Shown in pieces: positions 1 to 14,950 of a DNA stretch of 64,000 bases (the stretch's first letter is position 1; every line of letters begins with the position of its first letter). The position numbers were made by a program, and so were the translations under genes. Location of the stretch: NCBI RefSeq assembly GCF_032191835.1, contig NC_083224.1, positions 190,774,001-190,838,000 of the forward strand, given 5' to 3'. This DNA is from Heteronotia binoei (taxonomy: Eukaryota). The notes under the pieces were generated by a model. The model was not told where the DNA came from. It saw nothing but the letters and a program-made list of their open reading frames with translations, and made no database searches.

Positions 1-196
1 AGTCCCACCTTTTTTCTCCAGAGGACTGTGATGGGCTCTCCTATCCCATCCTTCCTCAGTCCCATCTTCTGAGTCTCCAGAGGGCTGTGATGGGCCCTCT
101 TATCCCATCCTTCCTCAGTCCCATCTTCTGTGTCTCCGGAGGACTGTGATGGGCTCTCCTTTCTCATCCTTCCTCAGTCCCATCTTCTGTGTCTCT
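1..196. repeat. 59-bp minisatellite, about 3.3 copies
   Basis: Unit ctccagaggactgtgatgggctctcctatcccatccttcctcagtcccatcttctgagt recurs at about 16, 75 and 134. Confidence 0.85.
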
Positions 197-1072
197 GGCT
201 GGTGTCGTCTCTGGCTGGTGAGCTGTAGATCAGGTTTTTTTCAACCTCTGCTGGTTGTGACGGGGAACAAGCTGATGGGGGTGTTGCAACTTCATCATGA
301 TGTACGGGAAAAAGAGAGCCCCCACATGGAGCCTGGCTGTGGCAGTTTCAGGCTGACTTAATTCCAAGATAATGGACCCTTCCATGTCCAGTATTTGCTC
401 TATTTACTGGATAAATAGTTCAAAATCCTAGAAGCAGCATTAGTGAGGGCATGCTGGGAAAATCTGGCAAGAGGATGACCAGAGTATGGATGTTGGGTGG
501 ATGTTCCAAAATAAAACGCTGCAGCTTGTGAGAACCACATCCCCTCCCATCACCAGGACACCACCTGAGCTCTCCTCCCCCTCCTCAGTCATTACAGAGA
601 TTCAAAGGCTGGGAAAAAGAATTGGGAAACTATTTCTGAGGATGTTTTGGAATATTGGGGTGAACTCTAGAAACCCTCCTGTGAATTAAGTTTCTTTTTA
701 GGAACAAGTGAAATGCTTTCAGACAAGATTTTACTCACTCAGAATATGTAGCATTAATATTTTCACAAAAGGCAGAACGAGGGAAAGATCATCCCCATGT
801 AGGGTTCCCAACCTTTTTGTGTCCTTGGAGAGTGGGTGGGGAGCAGTGTTCCCTCTGAGCTGCAAAGTCTTGTGCGCAAAAATTCTTCCTTGTGAGCCAC
901 TGGCAATGTGTGAGCTACTGCATAAACTAGTGTGTTCTGGGGTTATCCTTCCTGAGCTAAGACAAAAATGTGTGAGCTGGAGGCCTCCAGCTAAAAACCT
1001 GTGAGCTAGCTCACGCTCCCTGGTGGTGAGTGCCCCTCTCCAAAAAGAGGCTGCACAAGAGCGGAAGCAAAA

Positions 1073-1355
1073 GAAGATATTGAAGAAGATATTGGATTTA
1101 TATCCCGCCCTCCACTCCAAAGAGTCTCAGAGCGGCTCACAATCTCCTTTACCTTCCTCCCCCACAATAGACACCCTGTGAGGTGGGTGGGCTGGAGAGG
1201 GCTCTCACAGCAGCTGCCCTTTCAAGGACAACCTCTGCCAGAGCTATGGCTGACCCAAGGCCATTCCAGCAGGTGCAAGTGGAGGAGTGGGGTATCAAAC
1301 CTGGTTCTCCCAGATAAGAGTTCGCACACTTAACCATTACACCAAACTGGCTCTC
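1073..1355 (-). mobile_element. Squam3-type tRNA-derived SINE
   Basis: Head GAGAGCCAGTTTGGTGTAATGG with A and B boxes, (TCT)-type tail, caaaa flanks. Confidence 0.85.
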
Positions 1356-1554
1356 CAAAACCCCAATTTCCTTGTGAGCCACTCGCAATGCGTGAGCTAC
1401 TGCATAAACTAGTGTGTTCTGGGGTTATCCTTCCTGAGCTAAGACAAAAATGTGTGAGCTGGAGGCCTCCAGCTAAAAACTTGTGAGCTAGCTCACGCTC
1501 CCTGGTGGTGAGTGCCCCTCTCCAAAAAGAGGCTGCACAAGAGCTGAAGCAAAA

Positions 1555-1835
1555 GAAGATATTGAAGATATTGGATTTATATCCCGCCCTCCACTCCGAA
1601 GAGTCTCAGAGCGGCTCACAATCTCCTTTACCTTCCTCCCCCACAACAAACACCCTGTGAGGTGGGTGGGGCTGGAGAGGGCTCTCACAGCAGCTGCCCT
1701 TTCAAGGACAACCTCTGTCAGAGCTATGGCTGACCCAAGGCCATTCCAGCAGGTGCAAGTGGAGGAGTGGGGAATCAAACCCGGTTCTCCCAGATAAGAG
1801 TCCGCACACTTAACCATTACACCAAACTGGCTCTC
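1555..1835 (-). mobile_element. Squam3-type SINE (duplicate copy)
   Basis: Near-identical to 1073..1355. Confidence 0.85.
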
Positions 1836-2597
1836 CAAGACCCCAATTTCCTTGTGAGCCACTCGCAATGTGTGAGCTACTGCATAAACTAGTGTGTTCT
1901 GGGGTTATCCTTCCTGAGCTAAGACAAAAATGTGTGAGCTAGAGGCCTCCAGCTAAAAACGTGTGAGCTAGCTCACGCTCCCTGGTGGTGAGTGCCCCTC
2001 TCCAAAAAGAGGCTGCACAAGAGCTGAAGCAAAACCCCAACTGGCTGCCGCAAGAGGTGGACACATCCCTCCCCAACGCTCCTGGGAAAAGGGGGGGATT
2101 GAATTGCCCCCTGACAAAGGCAGGTGCTGCTGAACCTCTGGTGAAAACCCTTTTCCATTCCAGAAGGGCAAGCAGTAACAAGCCCTGCTGCCCCTCCCAA
2201 GAAGCAAGTGTGGCTAACAAAACTGTGGCAACGCGACGTTGAAGAGTTCAAATCTTCGAGCCCAGAAACCCCCTGGTCCAAACCCCAGTGGCAGCAGCAT
2301 CTCCTGCTCAAGGGGACCAAGGCAAACGATGCAGAATCCCTTCTCCTCCTCCTCCACCACCACTGCCTTGGACGCAGGACATCCACAGCCAGTCAGAGGA
2401 GAGCAGGTTGTTGCTGTAGGGTGGGCAACTTTTGCCTTCCTTGGTATAGTTTCATTCAGTAGCCAAACATGCTGGCCGTCCCACGCTGGCTTAGGAGACT
2501 GTCTACCACCATAAATGTTAATTTTAATAGAAATGTCGGTTTTAGATGATGGTTTTGTATTTAATGTATTATTTATTGAATTGTACTGATGTTTTAT

Positions 2598-2690
2598 TGT
2601 AAACCGAGATTTACACGTTGTGAGCCACCCTGAGCCTGCTTCGGCGGGGAGAGCGGGATATAAATAAAATGTATTATTATTATTCCTCCT
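2598..2690 (+). mobile_element. L2-like LINE or SINE 3' tail
   Basis: tgtgagccaccctgag...gcgggatataaataaaatg(tat)n. The same tail occurs antisense near 8430, 30592 and 44130. Confidence 0.55.
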
Positions 2691-3689
2691 TTGGTTTACA
2701 GCAGGATGCATGCTTTCCCCTACCTGTCAGATGTCAAGAAATAAGAAACGTGTGCTTAGGTAGAGAAAAGCACTCATTGGCAGCTCTCTCCCTTCAGCAT
2801 GGTGGACATTCTCAATGGTGCTTGTCAAAAAAAAAAAGACAAGACATCTCCACTCGTAAATTTCACCTACATGCCTCATAGTTCAAGTTTTGGAGCTCTC
2901 TCAGGATACATTTTATGCTGTTAAAGCAGCAGTATAAGCTTAGGCTTGATAAGGATTGCCCGTGTTTCAGTTTACCACTCTGTCATTTGTCCCTGGCTGC
3001 TGTCCCTTCTGGGGTCTGTGCAGCGCCTTGCACACAGCTTGCTATTTCTCCTCATCGGAGCTGCCAGAGCCGGTGCAAGGGCTATAAATGGCCCTTCTTA
3101 CTCCTCTTACTGGGCCTTGTCACATCCAAATCCATAAGCCAGGCAACATTTAATACCTGAACAGCTGCTGCCTTTGCAGAATCAGGAAGATGGAAGCCCC
3201 ACCCCCTGAAACTCATCTCTGTGCAGACGGCTAAAAATAAAGCAGACCTAGAGGGTGTTTTTCACCAACTACCAGGCCCACAAAAGAGCTGGCACAACTG
3301 CATCCCACCCCCCCACAGAGCCCCTGCTGTCCGCCAACTCAGGTGCCTCCAGCCCAACCCTCTTCAGGCAGCATGCAAGCATTCCCACACAGGAAATCCC
3401 TGGGCACCCAAGTCCACCACAGACTTGCCTCCGAAGGTCAAAAGGGAGACTCGAGAGAGGTACACCCCTAAAGGATGCTTGGAAGCTCTTTAAAACTACA
3501 TTCACAGAAATGCCAAAAGAAAGCATTCTCTGAGATGGGGAAGGCACTGCCACATCTAAAAGGATTCTGGTTCATGAGCCCAAGTCAAGGAAGCCACAAA
3601 AGGCAAAAAGTGGAATGTCTGTACCAACCAGGTGGCATTTCTTTGCATCTGTGTTCACTGTGGAACATGTGGAAGAAGAGGAGTTGGTT

Positions 3690-3830
3690 TTATACCCTGC
3701 CCTTCACTGCCCAAAGGATCTCGGAGCAGCCTTCCCTTCCTCTTCCCATAAGAGACACCTTGTGAAGTAGGTGGAGCTGAGAGAGGTCTCAGAGAACTGT
3801 GACTGGCTCAAGGTGCTCAAGCCAGTTGAG
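3690..3830 (-). mobile_element. Older Squam3/MIR-like SINE fragment
   Basis: Diverged match to the SINE 3' half. Confidence 0.55.
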
Positions 3831-3953
3831 TGTAGTGGTTAAGAGCATGGACGGGAAGAACTGTGTGTAGGAGATAAAGTGAAGCAGCGGTGGGGGGGCC
3901 AGAACTGATGACTGAGCCCTGAGACGAGATTCCAAGAAGGGGCCACAGCAACA

Positions 3954-4645
3954 GAGAGCCAGTTTGGTGTAGTGGTTAAGTTTGCAGACTCTTATTTGGG
4001 AGAACCGGGCTTGATTCCCCACGCCTCCACTTGCACCTGCTGGAATGGTTAGCCAGAGCTCTCGCGGGAGCTGTCCTTGAAAGGGCAGCTGCTATAAGAG
4101 CTCTCTCAGCCCCACCCACCTCACAGGGTGTCTGTTGTGGGGGAGGAAGGGAAAGGAGATTGTAGGCCGCTCTGAGACTGTCCTTGAAAGGGCAGCTTCT
4201 GGGAGAGCTCTCTCAGCCCCACCCACCTCACAGGGTGTCTGTTGTGGGGGAGGAAGGGAAAGGAGATTGTAGGCTGCTCTGAGACTCTGTCCTTGAAAGG
4301 GCAGCTTCTGGGAGAGCTCTCTCAGCCCCACCCACCTTACAGGGTGTCTGTTGTGGGGGAGGAAGGGAAAGGAGAGTGTAGGCCGCTCTGAGTCTCTGTC
4401 CTTGAAAGGGCAGCTTCTGGGAGAACTGTCTCAGTACCACCCGCCTGACAGGGTGTCTGTTGTGGGGGAGGAAGGGAAAGGAGATTGTAGGCCGCTCTGA
4501 GACTGTGTCCTTGAAAGGGCAGCTTCTGGGAAAGCTCTCTCAGCCCCACCTGCCTCACAGGATGTCTGTTGTGGGGGAGGAAGGGAAAGGAGATTGCAGG
4601 CCGCTCTGAGCCTCTGAAATTCGGAGTGGAGGGCGGGATATAAAT
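3954..4645 (+). mobile_element. Squam3 SINE with an internal 109-bp tandem array (5 units)
   Basis: tccttgaaaggg at 4074, 4181, 4290, 4399 and 4508. Confidence 0.88.
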
Positions 4646-5644
4646 CCATGCTGCCTCCTGGACGATCTTGAGCCAGTCGCTACCGGGCAGCTCTCTCTCT
4701 CTCATAGGGGGACGGGAAGGCAGGAGCCAGGCATGGTCCTGTGAGCTCAGCGGAGGAACTAGAAACGTAAAAGTCATAATCTGGGTGACAAAGCTTGATT
4801 CTCACACATGGAAGGGAAGCAAAAAGTGCACAGAACATTTCTATCAGAAGTGTAACTTTACAAAAGATCTGCCTCTGGTAATTTATACCGGAACAGGTAA
4901 TTCAGGAAGGAACACAACATCCATTCTGCTGCCCTCTCCCAACTCCTAACCATATCTATAAAGATTTAGAATGCCTCTGCAAATCCACTGGGCTTATTTA
5001 AATTAATGAACAGAAACAAAAGGGGTGGGGACAATGTGCAGATTACAGTATCTCCAACAGTATCGTGAGAAGGCGGGAAGCTGCCTCCAAAGTTCTTACT
5101 GTGGCAACCGCACAGTGGCTCTTCTTTCTGTTGCTGTTTGACTTGTGCGCTGTGTGCAGCAGATGGGCTGCTTCCGTAACAGGGAAGTGTTCTGGTCTTT
5201 GTGAGTGGGGCAAGATCCTCCCCTTCCTTGGGGAACAAACAGCATCCCTTTCCCAGAAGCAAAGGGGTGATTCCTGGCTTGTCTCTTCATCTTGGGGCAG
5301 GAGGCACTTGACGGGAGACTGCTGTGTCTGAAAGGAGGGCACATCTGGAAGCTGTTGCCCCTGTCCCGGGAAGATGCTTGGCTTGGATTTCCCGGGGCTT
5401 GCGATTGGCCCTGCCAGCCATGTGGCAGCCCTGCCATGATCAGCCCCTCCCCCTGTGGCAGCCATTCAACAGTGGGGCTTTCCACTTTGCCTTAACATCC
5501 CAAAAGTGCCTGCAGGCTGGGGGGGGGCATCCTTGGATTAGAGAGTAAAAAGAAATGTTTCGACCTGGCTCCTAAAAGACAGACATCAAGGAAGCCTCAA
5601 GGGAGAGGGATGGTTTTGGCTACCACCAAAAAAAGGCTTGTCTG

Positions 5645-5775
5645 CATTAGGGGAAGGCCTCAGCCTCTCTGCACTGTTGTGGGCCTTCCAGAGTAAACGG
5701 TTGGCCACTATGTAAAACAGGAGGCCAGACTAGATGGCCCACTGCCTGACCTAGCATGACTCTTCTTATATTTTT
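5645..5775 (+). mobile_element. Solo CR1-type 3' end (same family as the 134-bp array monomer)
   Basis: ggggaaggcctcagcctctctg...gactagatgg...ctcttcttatatt. A similar copy lies at about 15955-16085. Confidence 0.6.
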
Positions 5776-7179
5776 AAAGATCAGACTCAATTTTGTAGTC
5801 CATCTGAATATTCATGCTTTTTTTGTGTGTGTGGGGGGGATTGCTAAGAGACTATATATTCTTTTCATAGTTAAATATCTTCTCAAAATGACCAACAAAA
5901 ATTGCAAAAAGTTATTCAGTTATACATTAAGCACTTTGTTATATATCACAAAGTGAAGACAAGTCGGCAGGGAGGTTTTTTTTAAATTAATTTTTATTGG
6001 CCCTTGTCTTTGACATGTGCACACCCCCACACACCCCACAGTGAGCTGGGGGGGGACAGGGGAGCCAATGGCACTTTGTGTGCATACTCCACGTTAAGCG
6101 CCAATACTGAAGAGACTTTCCATGCATGTACTGCTAGGTGCTTTGGTTTGCTAACAGCAACTGTTCATGATTCTGTATTCATTATTTGCATTGCTTATTA
6201 TGCTGGCCACGGGGGGGGGGGGGCGGAGGGCTAATCCTTGCCCTTGACCACTGGAAACTGCTGCTCTGTCCTCACACAGCTGCCAGGGCTAGAGAGGTGA
6301 CGGAGAGGGGCTCCACCGGAGCTCTAACCCTAAAGGACCCACTGACTACAGTGAAACCCAGAGGCAAGTCAGCATAGATCTAAGGGAATCATCTGTTGTT
6401 CTCTCGCTCTCTAACTGGAAGGCTAGCTTAAAGGTAACCCCCACCAGAGCTCTAACCCGAAGGGACCCATTGACTGGGGGGTGGTCTCTGCTCGGAGCAG
6501 GAGGGGCTGGACTGCCCTTTGGCCTCTACCGCTGCTGCCCTTCCAGGCAGTTTCAAGGACCCCTCCCCCCCCTCCCCACTATCTTCACAGGCTGCCCTTT
6601 CAAAGACAGGGCCAGCTGTCTCCACCCATCAGGCCTGGGGTGGTTCAGATTTCTCCCTGACCCTTGGGTGGATGGAGGTCCCCCTCCTCTCTGGGCTTTG
6701 GAGCAGCCGCCCCCCCCCCGGGCTTCCCTGCTGAGGATGCAAGCGTGTAGTGCCCACCCAGCTCAGCAGCGCAAGATCCTGGCAGAGCTGGCCCCAGCCA
6801 GCCAGCCTTTTTGCATTGCTTCCTCCCAGCCAGGGGCCCAGAGAGAGACGCGTCCCCCGGTCCCTGCCGCTCCGCTCCCCAACCAAGTCAGCCATGCATC
6901 TTCCCCGCAGCTGTGCCCCTCCCTCCGTCCCCTTCTCTTTTTAGCAGCGCCTGGCCTGGCCTGGCCTCCTCGCCGGGCGCAGAGACCCGAGCTGCCCCCC
7001 GGGACTCCTGGCGCCCCAAGGGGGGTGGAGGTGGGGACCACCTGCCAACCTCCAGCGACAGCCCCCCCCCGCCTTCTCTTTCCTGCCAGCCCCCCCCAAC
7101 CCCCGGTCGGGAGGGGGATCCGAGCCCAGAGATGGGGGTGGGGGGCTCCAGCGCTCCCCCCTTCCTCCTCCTCACTGAC

Positions 7180-7303
7180 CTTTCTCGTACTTGAGGTAGA
7201 GGAGAGAGACGACGAAGTAGGCGAGGTCGAAGGCCGGGAAGAGCGGCAGGTGAGCGAAGGCGGCGGACAGCTCACCCACCTCCAGCCAGCCCAGCGCCTC
7301 CAT
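7180..7303 (-). CDS. TMEM38A: TMEM38A (TRIC-A cation channel) coding exon 1; remaining exons not found and presumably left of the window
   Basis: ATG at 7303 gives [41 protein letters not shown], matching the recalled human N-terminus ([41 protein letters not shown]). 124 nt, phase-1 donor GTCAGT. Synteny with SMIM7. Confidence 0.93.
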
Positions 7304-8080
7304 CCCCGAGCCCAGCCCCAGCCTCGGCACCACCACCAGCACCGCCGCCGCCTCTGGCTCAGCTGCTGCCCAGGCAGGCAGGGAGGGAGGGAAGGAGGGA
7401 GGGAGCCGGGCAGAGACCGCCCAGGGCCGGGAAGACGGGCGGGGAGGGGGGGAGGCGCCCCCGGAGAGCAGCAGCAGCAGCACCTCTTCCCCCCTCCCTC
7501 CCGCAGAGCCCACCGCGGGGGGCAGGGCTTCGGCATCCTCCCCCTCCTCCGATGCCGCCAGAAAAGGCGGAGGGAGGGACGCCGAGCCCCGCCGGCAGCA
7601 GCAGCACCTCCAAAGGCAGCCCTGGAGAGGAGGAGGAGGAGGAGGAGATGGGCGGGCCAGCCGGCCGCTCGCTGCTGCTGCTGCTGCTGGAAGGCTGCCG
7701 CCTCGGCCTCTCTCCAAGGGACCCACCCCCAGGAGGAGGAGGCGGCTCTGCTGGGCCGGCGGGCGGGTCCGAAGCAGCAGCAAGGGGGCAAAGGGGGCGG
7801 CGACAGGCCCTGAAGCCCGGCGGGCGGGCAGCCACCGGGGCTCCTCCCCTCCTCCTCTGCTGGGGGGCTGGGCTTCAGCCGCGGCTCCTCCCCCCCTCCC
7901 GGAACGCCCCTTTGGCGATCGGCTCCACCCAGTGGGCGCGGTTTGTGGCCCGTTCGGGGCTCCTCCCCCTGAGGGGGGCGCGCGCCAGGCCTCTCTGGAT
8001 TGGCTGAAGAGGCCCAGGTCTCCGCCGCCCCCACCGCTGCCCAGCGGGCATTTCCGGATCCGGGTACTGGAAGAGGCAGG

Positions 8081-12754
<4,674 letters not shown>

Positions 12755-13184
12755 ACACATCTGGGCAGCTGAGGTGACAACTGTAAATGTCAAACTTGGA
12801 ATCCTTGGTGATGGCTTTCTGATGGAAACATGACCTTTTTGACCTTATGAAGTAAAAGATTACTAAATTTCTAGTACTGGACTCTGACCTGTTCTTTCCC
12901 CCAGAAATTCCAACCACGTGCCTCCCTCCTAGCGGGCCTGATCCAGTACAAGGGTTAGAGGGGGGTCAGTCATGTCAGTCTTTTGCCGCACCCCCTCCCC
13001 CCCGCCGGTCCCTCCTCATGATCTTGCCATGTTTTGCTTATGCACCCCTCATGATGCCACATGTTCTGCTCATGCACCCCACCAGAAGGGGGACAAATTG
13101 CAGCAAGTAGAAGGGGACCGGCTTAGGCTGTTCTCATGAGGTCCACTTTTTCAGCGTGAGGGGTGGATAGATGCATGCAGTGGC

Positions 13185-13355
13185 CAGTGTTCCCTCTCAG
13201 CTGAGTTAATGTGAGCCGCCTCACGGTTTTTTAGCTTCCGACTCGCACGTTTTTGTCTCAACTCAGGAAAAATGGCCCCAGAGCAAACTAATGTATGCAG
13301 CAGCTCACAGGTTTCATGTCAGTAGCTCACGAAGTAGAATTTTTGCTCAGACTCC
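13185..13355. mobile_element. hAT MITE (CAGTGTTCCCTCT family), one end lost
   Basis: Matches the element at 10152. Confidence 0.7.
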
Positions 13356-13999
13356 CCAGGATCTCCTGCCTTCCAGGGGGTTGCTGGGAGGGGGTGTAGG
13401 GACTACTCTACCCTTGGAGAGGTGCCAAACTCATCAGTCCACTGTTGAGCCAGCAGGGCAGGGAGCCCATTGTCCTCAAGTGTAATGCATCGAGTTGCCT
13501 GGCCTTCAGTACAGATTTATTTAGCGTTCTTTATAGTGTGCTGCCTCTCCCACTGAGACTGGAGGTATATGACCCACTATAAGTCTTGCAGTCATTGGCA
13601 TTTGACACATCTAATAAGTAGTGCAGTACAATACAACTAGGATTGTGGACATTTTAAACATATCCATTGTCCGAACAAAGCAAGACTCTCAATCCACGCC
13701 CCCCGAGTGCCGTGTGAGTTGTTCTGAGGAGTTGCGGGAGACGTTTTGCCTGGATTTATATGTTTCGTGGCCCCTTTAGAGGTGTGTGTTGGGGGAGGGG
13801 AGCACAGGTGGGTTTCACAGCACACCTGTCTTTAGGAATTTCGTTAAATTCTCACATTTTTAACCAAACACAACTTAAGAAATCCAAATTCTCTGAGGTT
13901 TGTGGACCTTGAATTGAGGTCTGTGATGCAAATCCACTTGCCTCAATGTTAGCTTGATTCTGCCCCACCCCCTCCTAAATCCGGCATTGTAAGCAGTTG

Positions 14000-14950
14000 G
14001 GTATAGTGTGAAGCCTAGGGTCTTAATTTCCGTGTGTGTGGTGGTTGTGGTGGAGCCATTTCCTGAGGAGAAAGGGCGTCCTCTCCTTTTCCCGCCCTTT
14101 CTCCTCCTCCCTCCCCTCGGCCCCTCCCCCTCCCGGCAGCCCTTCCAGAAGTGCGCAGGTGCTTTCGCGCAGGCGCTGTGGCGCCGAGGCGGGAGGCGCG
14201 CGCGCACCGTCGCGGTGGGGAGCTGTTGCGCCGTGACGCCACAGACGCGCCGTGCTGCGCTGCGTGCCGCCGTCAGGCGTGTCCCATGGTGCACCGCGCG
14301 GGCTGGCTCCTGCCCACAGTGGAGTTCGGCCTCCTCCTCCGCCGCCGCCGAGCCCAGGCCAGGCCAGCCGGAGCCGCAGCCGGTCCCCCGTCCTCCCCTG
14401 CCGGCGGGGCGCGCGAGCGGAAGATGCGGTGGCGGCTGCCCCGCGGCCAGGCGGGCGAGTGAGGCCGGGAAGAGGGGCCGGCCGGGGAGGGAGGGAGGGA
14501 GTGGGGGGCCGCCGCCGCCTCTGCCCCGCCCCGCCCGGCTCCCCCCTCCCCCGCCGCCTTCCCCCCCAGGGAGGCAATGACAGCGGCTCCGGGACCCTCC
14601 CCGCAGCAGATCAGGGACCGGCTGCTGCAGGCCATCGACCCCCACAGCAACGTGAGTGGATGGGCAGGGAGGGCTCCCCACTGGCCCCTTCCCTTCCCTT
14701 GGCTTGGCTGGTGCGCGCCTCCCTGCACCCCCCGGCTTCGCTCGCCCTCTGCCTGGCCTGCTTTGTGTCGCACCTCCGCGGTTCCAAGCATGCTGCGTCC
14801 TCACACCGGCCCTGAGGAGTAGGCTCAGGCTCTCGCGTGCAGGGGGTTGGGGGGAGCTGGGGCCACACAGCCTGTGGGCCACGCATGTCTCTTTTGGCGT
14901 GCCTGGGACTCATGGCTGCCTGCTGGCGATCCTTACTGGGGTGTGGACGT
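14000..14950 (+). promoter_or_regulatory. MED26 CpG-island promoter
   Basis: Dense CpG, GC boxes, GCGCAGGCGC and CGGAAG motifs upstream of ATG 14577. Confidence 0.75.
14577..14651 (+). CDS. MED26: MED26 exon 1
   Basis: MTAAPGPSPQQIRDRLLQAIDPHSN, donor GTGAGT. Confidence 0.95.

Larger units (their letters stand above)
886..2040. repeat. About 480-bp tandem duplication (2 full units plus 1 partial) of an hAT-MITE fragment, spacer and SINE
   Basis: cttgtgagccac at about 889, 1371 and 1851. Confidence 0.92.

Noticed and set aside
1149-1868. Recurrent small ORFs of the form [29 protein letters not shown]
   Set aside because: Translations of the Squam3 SINE, not a protein family.
1-7179. TMEM38A exons 2 onward
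   Set aside because: No frame encoding the expected WLCAMLHCFG-type sequence was found. These exons probably lie outside the window.
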